Both the position numbers and the translations under genes were made by a program. 64,000 bases of DNA from an uncultured virus (IMG/VR IMGVR_UViG_3300047548_000985). Lineage: Duplodnaviria; Heunggongvirae; Uroviricota; Caudoviricetes. The notes below the pieces were generated by a model. The model made no database searches. It had not been told where the DNA came from and worked only from the letters and a program-made list of their open reading frames with translations. Shown piece by piece: positions 1 through 9,600 of this stretch (within the stretch, counting starts at the first letter, position 1; every line of letters starts with the position of its first letter). The DNA is taken from the IMG/VR virus record IMGVR_UViG_3300047548_000985, positions 1 through 64,000 of that record. One strand, 5' to 3'.

Positions 1-1
1 G

Positions 2-298
2 GGAGGGGGCGCTCGTTCTACTAATGCCACAAATATCTCTGGTGGAGCAGGAGGATCTCCAGGTGGAAGCGCCGGTGGAGCAGGTACAATTTCAAGCGCA
101 GGTTCAGGTGGAGCCGGAGGAAGTGGAGTAGGTGGCTCAGGTGGAGCAGGTGCAAACTTTGGCAGTGGTGGAACAGCAGGAAGCACTGGAACGGGCGGAT
201 CAGCTGGTGGAAGCGGTGGCACTGTAGGTGCCGCCGTAATAGGTAATACAATTCCATATTGGTATTCGACTGGCGAAAGATATGGCGGTATCTCATAA
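2..298 (+). CDS. 3' end of glycine-rich tail fibre/adhesin-like protein (partial, runs off the window)
   Basis: Frame 2 is open from base 2 to TAA at 296-298 and reads GGGARSTNATNISGGAGGSPGGSAGGAG...GAAVIGNTIPYWYSTGERYGGIS. It is missing from the ORF track because it has no start in the window. Confidence 0.75.
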   Translation, partial: GGGARSTNATNISGGAGGSPGGSAGGAGTISSAGSGGAGGSGVGGSGGAGANFGSGGTAGSTGTGGSAGGSGGTVGAAVIGNTIPYWYSTGERYGGIS

Positions 299-302
299 AC
301 AA

Positions 303-309
303 CTAAATA
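303..309 (+). promoter_or_regulatory. possible late promoter (CTAAATA variant)
   Basis: CTAAATA lies upstream of AGAGGA SD and the ATG at 331; it is a variant of the ATAAATA motif seen before other genes. Confidence 0.4.
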
Positions 310-330
310 AAAGCAACAAAAGAGGACAAA

Positions 331-708
331 ATGAGTAACGGAATAACATATAAAATTGTAAAAGCATTCGATGAAACCGGGCAACTGGAGGTTGAATACT
401 TTGACCCTAACAATATTTCATTAGGAAGATGGGCATACGATGTTCCTATCGTAGATGGTCACTTCATATCAACAACTGAACTTCACGAAGACATCATGAG
501 GCGAGCCCCAGTTTGGGTAATAACTCGTAAACAAGAAATTCAAACAGCAACAGGATTCGATCAAATAAAGGCTCTAATCCCACCTGAACCAGAACCAGCC
601 TCGGTTGCTGCCTCAGACGGACAAAATATGGTCGGGGATTTCAATGAAGAATACTTGAGAGCAGTTATATTTCAGGTACTAGAAGAAACTAAAGACTCTA
701 CAGTATAA
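331..708 (+). CDS. hypothetical protein, probable tail-fibre-associated/chaperone
   Basis: 125-aa ORF with AGAGGA SD, directly after the Gly-rich fibre gene; weakly similar to 3292..3675 (ETGQLEVEY/ETGETVEY, PIVDGHFISTTEL/PLPEGEFVQYEQL). Confidence 0.7.
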   Translation: MSNGITYKIVKAFDETGQLEVEYFDPNNISLGRWAYDVPIVDGHFISTTELHEDIMRRAPVWVITRKQEIQTATGFDQIKALIPPEPEPASVAASDGQNMVGDFNEEYLRAVIFQVLEETKDSTV

Positions 709-719
709 GGAGATATTAC

Positions 720-1238
720 ATGATCTCAGAACAACTTTTTAATTCAAACAATCAAGCAGTAGTAAGAGTAGGAAGAGCCTTTAAATGGGTAATTACTTTT
801 AGAGATTATCCAGCAGAAAGCTATCAGGTTATCCGCGGCAAAGAAATGATGTCTGAAGCTATTACTCTTTTTACAAAAGGACGAGCAGAATTTTTTCTTG
901 ATGACGTAAAAAGAGGAGATCGGGTTCCAGGTATACTTTCTACTGAGCATGAACTCGTAGGTGAAGATGGTACTTTTAAACTTGTTTACACTGAACCAAC
1001 TACTCGTCTATGCATTTATGCAGGTAACAATAAAGACAAACTCCCGATTGTCAACAAACTAGAAATTAATGCAGGCGAATCTGTAATTTTACAGCCTGGA
1101 TTTAAGGGTTTAGTTTGTTTAGGCTCAGTTACCATAAACGGAAAGGTGTTTGACGAAGAAAGAACCTTCATTGTAGGTTCTGTAGAACGTGAATGTGTAG
1201 CCAACAGTAAAGTGATTATACTAGAATTCTTATCATAA
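720..1238 (+). CDS. hypothetical beta-rich (cupin-like) protein, paralog of 2766..3290
   Basis: AAGGAG SD; 172 aa; motifs align by eye with 2766..3290. Confidence 0.75.
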   Translation: MISEQLFNSNNQAVVRVGRAFKWVITFRDYPAESYQVIRGKEMMSEAITLFTKGRAEFFLDDVKRGDRVPGILSTEHELVGEDGTFKLVYTEPTTRLCIYAGNNKDKLPIVNKLEINAGESVILQPGFKGLVCLGSVTINGKVFDEERTFIVGSVERECVANSKVIILEFLS

Positions 1239-1969
1239 TGAAAAGAACTGATAAACTGTTCGGTCATCGCTTGTTGATGACTCCAATCGCTTCCTATATA
1301 GGATACGGTTCTATGTTATACGGAGCATGGGCATTGTTAACGGGATCAGCAAGTCTTTGGTGGATTTTGCCCATGCTATTCTTTACATTCATGCTATTGA
1401 TGGGAGTTACAGTAGGGCTTCACCGACTCTTTTGTCACCAGTCTTTTCAAACTTCAAAAATTTGGCATGTGATCCTAGTGTATTTGGGAACACTTGGGGT
1501 GTATGGATCATCCGTACAATGGTGTGCTATGCATGTTTCTCATCACAAGTATAGTGACACTGAGAAAGATCCTCATTACACCGGAGTTCGTTACTTGTTC
1601 TGGAAAATGAACAACTATACAGAATTCCACAAGAAGACGCTAGTTAGGTTATACAAAGACCCAATGCACAGATTCTTTCATAATTACTATTTTCTTGTAA
1701 TCTTAGCAACTGTGTTTTTACTTTTGCTTATTAATCCATTGGCGTTAGTATTTTGTTACTTAATCCCATTAGGATGGTTACATTTTGTTGGATCTGCACA
1801 TCAAGTTTTTGCTCACAATAAAACTGGTCCTTTGGATCAACCTATTATGGAATTTTTGTTATTCACTGGTGGTGAATGGTTACACAAGCATCATCACATG
1901 AACGGCAGAGATCCAAAGTTTGGAACATTAGATGCCGGATATCATTTTATCAATCTGATAAAATCGTAA
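1238..1969 (+). CDS. membrane fatty-acid desaturase (delta-9/acyl-CoA desaturase-like)
   Basis: Three His boxes: GLHRLFCH, HVSHHKYSDTEKDPH, GEWLHKHHH; hydrophobic TM segments; TAATG overlap with the upstream gene. Confidence 0.9.
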   Translation: MKRTDKLFGHRLLMTPIASYIGYGSMLYGAWALLTGSASLWWILPMLFFTFMLLMGVTVGLHRLFCHQSFQTSKIWHVILVYLGTLGVYGSSVQWCAMHVSHHKYSDTEKDPHYTGVRYLFWKMNNYTEFHKKTLVRLYKDPMHRFFHNYYFLVILATVFLLLLINPLALVFCYLIPLGWLHFVGSAHQVFAHNKTGPLDQPIMEFLLFTGGEWLHKHHHMNGRDPKFGTLDAGYHFINLIKS

Positions 1970-2560
1970 TGCAAAACTACTACAGACACATCAACTTACC
2001 ATTTGAAGTCGATCTTCTTGAATTTGCGAAGTTTGATTGCAACCTAAAGACGCTAAACTATAGTAAGAAACCTCACGATCTCCCGAAGATTTTAGTTGAT
2101 TTTTTTGGATAGTCGAGGTATGCAAATTGCCAATGTTGATTGTTTTTACACTCCTCCAAAAGGCATGTTGCCGTGTCATGTTGATTTAGATAGAATTTCA
2201 AATTACGGAAAATTGAATTTTTCATACGGTGCACCAAACAGCAGAATGTTTTGGTACGCACTAAAACCAGGATATGAGTTAGAAGTCGAAGTAAACTCAT
2301 CAACAGCAGGAGATTATACCTTGCCTCAAGGTTCAAGAGTATCGTATGTTCATATACCCTTGAATCAATGCATTCTTAAAGAGTCAACTAAAATAAGAAA
2401 ACCGACTCTTATAAATGCCGGACAGCCGCATAGTGTATTGAATTCAGACAACGAATCTAGATGGACTCTCTGTGTTTCTTTTTACGATGCAAGCAATTTA
2501 TCTAAGTTACTCGATTTCGAAGACATTGCTGATCGGTTGTCTGATTGTATCACTACTTAA
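1969..2560 (+). pseudogene. 2OG-Fe(II) oxygenase/cupin-like gene split by a +1 frameshift in a T7 tract
   Basis: ATG 1969 (TAATG overlap) gives MQNYYRHINLPF...ILVDFFG* (TAG 2110-2112). Removing one T from the 2100-2106 run gives ...VDFLDSRGMQIANVDCFYTPPKGMLPCHVD...KLNF...PHSV...RWTL, with an HxD...H metal triad. Confidence 0.65.
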
Positions 2561-2757
2561 ACTTGATCCATCCTAATCACCATTTTTCCACCTGGCTTAA
2601 CATGTAAAGTAAGTAGACCTGCTTCTTTATCGGCCATTATTTGATCTATGATAATCTTAGGGTCATACATTGAAGCTCCGTTTACCTGATTAGTGTTTAC
2701 TTGAACGTCTTTGTAAAACCTGTCGTTAATATAGACTTTTATTGTTTTGGTTATCAT
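2557..2757 (-). CDS. hypothetical protein
   Basis: 66-aa ORF, last gene of the minus-strand block, converging on the previous gene. Confidence 0.6.
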   Translation of the reverse strand: MITKTIKVYINDRFYKDVQVNTNQVNGASMYDPKIIIDQIMADKEAGLLTLHVKPGGKMVIRMDQV

Positions 2758-2765
2758 AATTCATT

Positions 2766-3290
2766 TTACCTTGGAATAAACACAAACCCATAGCATTGAG
2801 TAACTGCGGTTAATGTCTTTGGTGCAGTCGAGTTAACTTCAACCGGCCCACTTACTGAAGAGTTGCCAGATGCTAAAGTTCCATCGCATAAGAAAAGTTT
2901 ATGACCTTGATCAAAGGGTATTGTAATAGATTCCCCTGGTGCTAACTTCAGGGCAGAAACACTTTCTTTACTGATGCTACTAGGTTTATTTTCAACACAC
3001 CAAAAAGTCATATCCTCTTTAATAGTTACCATATACTTCCCTGCTTTTGTATCTCTATCAAGCGAGACAGAACCTGCTTCTAGCGTAAAATCAGGAACTC
3101 CTCCTGTAATAGAGTGGCAAAAAACTTTACCCTTCACAAACATATCAATCTGTGATCTTCGCTGCGGATCTACTATGTCGTTTTTAACGTCTACATAATA
3201 GATACCATTAACTGAACCCGAATGACGCATAATTCGTCTTCCACATGCAGTGAAGCCATCTGATTGTACATCATTTCCTAGGATATTCAT
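2766..3290 (-). CDS. hypothetical beta-rich (cupin-like) protein, paralog of 720..1238
   Basis: 174 aa; IDMFVKGKV ~ ITLFTKGRA; LKLAPGESITI..GHKLFLCDG ~ LEINAGESVIL..GFKGLVCLG. Confidence 0.75.
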   Translation of the reverse strand: MNILGNDVQSDGFTACGRRIMRHSGSVNGIYYVDVKNDIVDPQRRSQIDMFVKGKVFCHSITGGVPDFTLEAGSVSLDRDTKAGKYMVTIKEDMTFWCVENKPSSISKESVSALKLAPGESITIPFDQGHKLFLCDGTLASGNSSVSGPVEVNSTAPKTLTAVTQCYGFVFIPR

Positions 3291-3291
3291 A

Positions 3292-3675
3292 TTAGATCTC
3301 CACTGATGTTACTTCACCAAATACTACCGTCATCGGCTGCGGAGTTTGTGTTGGTGCAGTTACAGTAGCCCAAGGAACAGGCAATTGAGTGATAAGTGGG
3401 GCAGCTTCATTCAATGCTTGATCGATCCAATCCTTAATAGCCTGCATATCTGCCTGTGTTTCTACCCAACCTACTACCTGCGCTTCAGTTAACTGTTCGT
3501 ATTGAACAAATTCACCTTCTGGTAAAGGAGGAGTGATATTTCCGATATATTCTACAGTCTCGCCTGTTTCGGAAGTACCTATCACTTTGAAGTGAATCAA
3601 AACAACCAAATTAGGATACTGTTGGTTATTTTGATCACATGCTATCGAAGTTATAACTGTTGTGTATTGATTCAT
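3292..3675 (-). CDS. tail-fibre-associated small protein (possible chaperone)
   Basis: 127 aa with AAGGA SD, directly downstream of the giant fibre; GEFVQYEQLTEAQVVGWV...LPVPW pattern typical of proteins that follow phage fibre genes. Confidence 0.7.
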   Translation of the reverse strand: MNQYTTVITSIACDQNNQQYPNLVVLIHFKVIGTSETGETVEYIGNITPPLPEGEFVQYEQLTEAQVVGWVETQADMQAIKDWIDQALNEAAPLITQLPVPWATVTAPTQTPQPMTVVFGEVTSVEI

Positions 3676-3690
3676 TTTCTATCCTTATTT

Positions 3691-6600
3691 TTAAACTGCC
3701 GGTGGTGCAGGGATTTCAGTCAAATCTGTTGTCCATGCAAACGTTGCGACACCTGAAACTCCTGCATTTTGATCATTTGAATTGTTTGCAAGTGCACCAA
3801 CCCCGTATGTTGTTCCCATTGCAGGTATCCTGCCAGTTGACCTACCTGCTACTGGTTTTATTCTTGACGTTTCCCAAGATATTGCATTGTTGAAATAATG
3901 ATATCCCATTAAACCACCTGTTCCTGCTTCTTCAGGGGCAACAATATAAATACCGGGCACTGGGTTTCCATCTTTGTCTACAGAAGAAGTCTGTATGACT
4001 TCTACCTTTCCACCAAGACCGCCTGCTCCGCCACCACCGCCACCACCGCCACCATCATATATACTTGATCCAAGTATTGGGTATCTTGCTACAATATTTT
4101 GCTGTCCGTCTCCCTCTTGTCCAGCTTGTATTAGTGTTAATGTATTTTGCAACGCTGAGTTTGCATCGGTGTAATTGCCGTTCTTGTTTAGGTCTAGTGC
4201 AATACGAGCCGAATTTCCTGCGCCACCTCCACCGCCGCCTCCAGGGGCGATTAGCATTGGTTGCCATGTCAAACCATTATCAGTCGAGTATTCTACTGAT
4301 GTTGATCCGCCACCTGCTCCACCTCCACCAGAGCTTGCACCTGAAGTATCCCCCGGAGCACCTCCCCTGCCACCTATGTTATATCCGCCTGCAACTGGGA
4401 CGCCTGCATGAACATACTCACGGCCAGTTTTGCCACCGCCACCGCCTTGACCAACTTTCATTCTTATTCGCTTGGTGTTTGCTGTTGCAGGAAGCTTTGC
4501 CATTGCATACCATGTACCGCCAGCGCCACCGTTACCACCAAACCATCCACCGTCTTGGCTTCCAGCGCCACCTCCTGCACCAACTAAATTAAACGCTATG
4601 TTAACTGCTTCAGTAGTCAAGGTGAATTCTTGCCCAGTTGGAGAAACAGATGTTCCTTGACCTCGGTATATAGTTATCGAAGTGTCCGATATGATAACGG
4701 TCGAGCTTACTGCGATTATAGGTCCAGTAATATTGTTCTTTCTAATGTAGATAAAGAAGTTTTCGCCACCTTCAGTCGTTCTATCTGCGGCAATTGTTCT
4801 TGTTATTGTACCTAGACCATTTACGATTGATACTTCCCCATTTATATTTTTGTCACCAAAGTCGTCCTTGTCTACACCAGTTGACGTAGACCAATATAGT
4901 GTACCGGAGTATGCAGGAGATCCATATACGTTTACAGTAAATACAACCGAACTTCCTTCGCTCACAAAGTCAACAGAAGGTGTAACTGTTGTGTAAGAAG
5001 TATCAACGATTGTCTTAGTTGAAGTAAACGCAGATGTAATTGGGACTGTCATCGCAGCATCCAAATACAACTGAATCTTGAAGCTTTCTAATCTAGTATC
5101 ATAAGTTGTGTCGTCACCTACTATATCATTAACCAATGCCAAAGTACCTGTGAATGTCTGATTGTTTATAGCAATCTTACCAGACAGCACGTTTCCTGCA
5201 ATATCATCGATTGTAGGAGCGGCATATGCTCCGTCTGGTAAAATTCTCCAATAATACTCAGTCGCATTAGGAACGTTAGAAGTAGTTATCGTGACGTTAA
5301 CTGTTTCGCCCTCATTATAAACATCCTTATCCGTCGCAATAGTTACATGCACATCAAGGATCGTGACTTCCGCTGAAGTAGCTACAACCGGGTTAGAGTC
5401 AGAGCCAAGTCTGAAGTCAACCACAAACTTTCTATCTCCTGCTGCCTTTACCCAATCGTAAGGTAAACTAAACGTTAGACTACCTGATGTACCAGAAGTA
5501 ACAAGAGTTCCTTTCAAGCTAGATAATCCCAATGTAGCTGGTGTAACAGTTCCTGCACCAGTAGTTGGTCGTACAGTATAGTATACAGTTGTCCCAGAAG
5601 GTATATTAGTTGTAGTTAATCCAAATGTAATTGACTGCCCTTCTCTTACTGAAGTTGGGCTTCCAACTAACATACTAACATCCTGTATTGAAGTTACTGC
5701 GAACGAAGGAGGAGTAGAGTATGTTATACCATCGACTGTTGCGGATGCCACAAATCTATATACCTCTGGTATTTCTACTTGATTATCGTAAGCTAGATTA
5801 ACTGTAACTGAGGCTGCGTTTGAATTCACGACTGTAGTACCGCTAAGTGTAGCTGGAGAAAAATCAGCACTGTTTAGTGTAGTTGTCCCTGGTGTAATTA
5901 CCCAGTTAACCGTAGTTCCATTTGGAATGTTAGTGGTTGCCAAATTGTATGTTGCTGTTTCGCCCTCTTTTGCTGTTGCAGTGTATGACGTAACTTTGAT
6001 CTCTCTATTCTTAACTGTTACTAGCGGACTAGTACCAATCAATGTCCCAGATGCATTGTTTAATTTAACATTTAAATACAAAGTCTCATCAACTTCTGTG
6101 TCCAAGTCAGTCGCAATTACCTTAGTAAGAGTGAAGGCCCCGGATGAGTTAACGTTGAATGTTCCTGCCATGACTCCATCAAACAGATCAGCGCCAGAAG
6201 TAGTACCAGTTATGTACCAATAGAGAGGAGTACTAGTATCTATGTTACTGGTTTGAATACCAAACGATATGGTTTGTCCTTCGTATATGGTGTTCACTGA
6301 AGGAGTGATTGCACAAGTAACATCCAATATTGTTATTGGTGTTATCGAACGAATCAACGTACCACCTTGACTAGTGTACAAGTTAACTGCTAAAGTTTCT
6401 GAACCTTCAATTAAGCTGTCATTCAATGCAGTCAACGTAAACGACGCTGCTTTATTTGTGAAGTTTAACGTTCCTGAGGTTGGTGTTACATCAGTAGTAT
6501 TTGTGGATTCCCAATACCAGCTAGAAGCATAGGAATTTCTTACTGTTATAGTTGCAGAGTTTCCTTCTTTTATCGAAGGTACTGTTGCTGGCTCAACAAT

Positions 6601-9600
6601 AATCGTAGTATCTTTAACCGTTATAACTCCACTAGTCAATTCAGGTAACATTACAACTGACTGTGCATTGTTGGCTGTTACTCTTAACTGAACCTGCATA
6701 TCACCTTCAATTACTGTATCAGTTTTGAATGTGATTGGAATGTTCACTGTTGCAGGAGTTCCACTAAACGTCCCGCTTCCACTTATCGCACCAGTAACGT
6801 GTTCAGTTAAATTCAATGATGCATCAGTAGAGCCAGTTTTTATTAGACTCCAAGAATAAGTAGTCGCATTACAGTTGGTTGCAGTCAACTGGAATGTTAC
6901 TGTGTCACCTTCGTTAACAGTTGTAGCAGTGTTAGGTGTGATTGCGATTGACCTGTCTGCGATTGTTATGTCTGAAGAACTTCCAATAACAGTACCTGAA
7001 GCACTACCTATTCTAACATCAACTCTAAATCTTTCATTACCCTCAAGATCATTATCAAACTTGATTTGTCTAGTCAATGCGACCGTTGAGCTAGTAGTCA
7101 CGTTAAATGTACCTTCTAGCCCTTCGATGACATAATCAAATTTGTCCAATGATCCGAATGTTGGTTCAATTTTCCAATACAATGTAGTTCCTGCTGCAAT
7201 ACCAAACGTGTCAAATGTAAGAGTGAATGAATCTCCCTCTGCGACAGTCGTTGGTACTGGTTGTTTCTCAACAACGTTGACATCAGAAATTGTAACCGTT
7301 GGGCAAGGAGCGCTCAACGGTATCAATGTTCCTGATCCAGCTGGATTGCTAGTGTACAAGTCAATCACAAAGCTTTCCGTATTCTCTCTGGATGAATCAT
7401 ATGCTGAAGTTAACGTAAACGCCCCTGTTCCATTTGTTAGACTTAGGGTTCCCTCAATTGCTGTCGAGAAATCGCCAGAATTGACTGTACCGGATACTGT
7501 TCTAACTTTCCAATACACGCTTGCTAATGTTGTATCAGCAGTTACAGTAAACGTAACTGATTCATTTTCAGCAATTGCAGTTTTGTTGGTTTGAATAAGT
7601 ATAGACTTGTTCTTAACCGTGATAACACCGCTATTTACAGTAGGTGAAACTGTAGTTCCTTGTGTATTCTTTACTGTTACTGCAAGTTGAACTTGCATAT
7701 CCCCTTCATTGATTGAGTCTGCCTTAAATTGCACAGGGACGTTGACAGTAGCTGAATTACCACTAAATGTTCCGCTTCCACTTACTGCACCAGTAACATG
7801 ATCAACAAGATTCAAGGTAGAACTAGTAGATCCTGTTTTTACAAGTGACCAATTATATCCAAGTCCGTCACAATTAGCAGCAGAAATTTGGAATGTTACT
7901 GTGTCACCTTCGTTAACGGTTGTTGCAGAACTTGGAGTTACACTGAACGATCTATCTGTCATAGTAACTTCAGGTGAACTTCCAATAACAGTGCCTGAGG
8001 CACTACCTATTCTAACATCAACTCTAAACTTATCGTTATTATCTGACTGGTTATCAAATGCAATCTGTTTAGTCCAAGTGCAAGTTAAGTCGGATGCGAC
8101 AGTAAATGTACCCGCTAATGTATTTGGAACAAAGTCAGAACCGTTGACTGTGCCTGATGTAGGAACTACTTCCCAATATAATGTTGTTCCAGCAGTTAAG
8201 CCAAACGTATTGAATTTTACGTTCAATGGCTCGCCTTCAGCAACAGTGATTGCAGATATTGGATCAGCCACTACATTGACATCAGAAATTGTAACTGTTG
8301 GACAAGGAGCATTCAAGGTTATTAATGTACCTGATCCTGCCGGGTTACTTGTATACAAATCGATCACGAAGCTCTCAGTGTTTTCTCTTGACGAATCATA
8401 TATTGAGGTTAGTGTAATTGTACCACTACCTGATGTTAAGTTTAGTGTGCCTTCAACTGCTCCGGCAAAATCGTTTCCATCGACTGTACCAGATACTGAT
8501 CTTAACTTCCAATATACACTACTAACACTAGTTCCTGTTGTCACAGTAAAGGTTACTGATTCATTTTCTTTGATTGCAGTCTTGTTAGATGTAATAGTGT
8601 AGTTTACATCAGTGATTGATATTGTTCCAGTAGAAGCATTTATCACAGTACCTGCAATTGTAGTTGTTGCGTCTACTACAAACGTCTCTGTGCCTTCGAA
8701 TGAATAATCTGAGGCAATTGGAAGATTAAATGTTGCAGCGTTACTGTTGATCTGAACATTACCTGTTGATCCATTTCCAAAGTCAGCAGAAGTGATTCCG
8801 GTAGAAATTCCTCTAACCGACCAGTCTACTACCGTTCCATTTGGTATGTTTTGGCTAGCCAATGTAAAGGTTAGAGTGCCACCTTCTGATACGGTTGTGC
8901 TGCTTGGTGTAATTGTCAACCAACGATTTAGGATAGTTACTGCCTCTGTTGTGTGCAACAATGTTCCAGTTGCTGATCCTAAATAAAAGCTAACAGTAAA
9001 TGTCTCAGAAGTCTCGCTATTGCTATTATCAAGTGCTGCTCTTCTTGAGAAAGTTCCGATGTTATTATTTACTGTAATTGATCCTGATAGTTTTCCATCT
9101 GTAAAATCAGAGCCAGTGATGTTTCCGCCATTTGCTACCCAAAATAGTGTAGTTGGAGATGGCAAGTTGGTAGTAGTTATATCAAATACGACTTCATCAC
9201 CCTCTAGAATTGTAGTTGCAGATGCGACAGAACTAACAGTTACATCACCTATTGTTACTTCTTGACTTGAAACTAATAAAGTTCCACCTGATGAATTAAA
9301 CAAGTCAACTACAAATTTATTATCTACTTCATTTGTTGCAGTATCAACGACTGGTGTTAGAGTAAACGAACCTGTGCCTGCAACCAATGTTATACTACCA
9401 GTCATCGAAGAACTAAAGTCAGCCGAAGTAACTGCGTTTGCACCAGTTGATCTTACTGACCAAAAGTAGGTAGAAGTAGGATTAGAACTTGAATTAACTG
9501 TAAACTTTACGTTTTCACCTTCTCTTACCAAATTCTTATCAGCAATAATGCTAACGGCAAGATCAGTTATGCTTATAACTGGGCTTGTTGCAATAACAGG

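Noticed and set aside
21..302. 93-aa His/Leu-rich minus-strand ORF
   Set aside because: It is the antisense shadow of the Gly-rich + strand fibre gene.
2110..2112. TAG recoding (alternative genetic code) as an explanation for the split gene
   Set aside because: Reading through the TAG hits TGA about nine codons later, and all giant ORFs are intact in the standard code.
6600..8595. Diversity-generating retroelement TR/VR pair
   Set aside because: The differences are not adenine-specific, both copies are in-frame domains, and there is no reverse transcriptase in the window.
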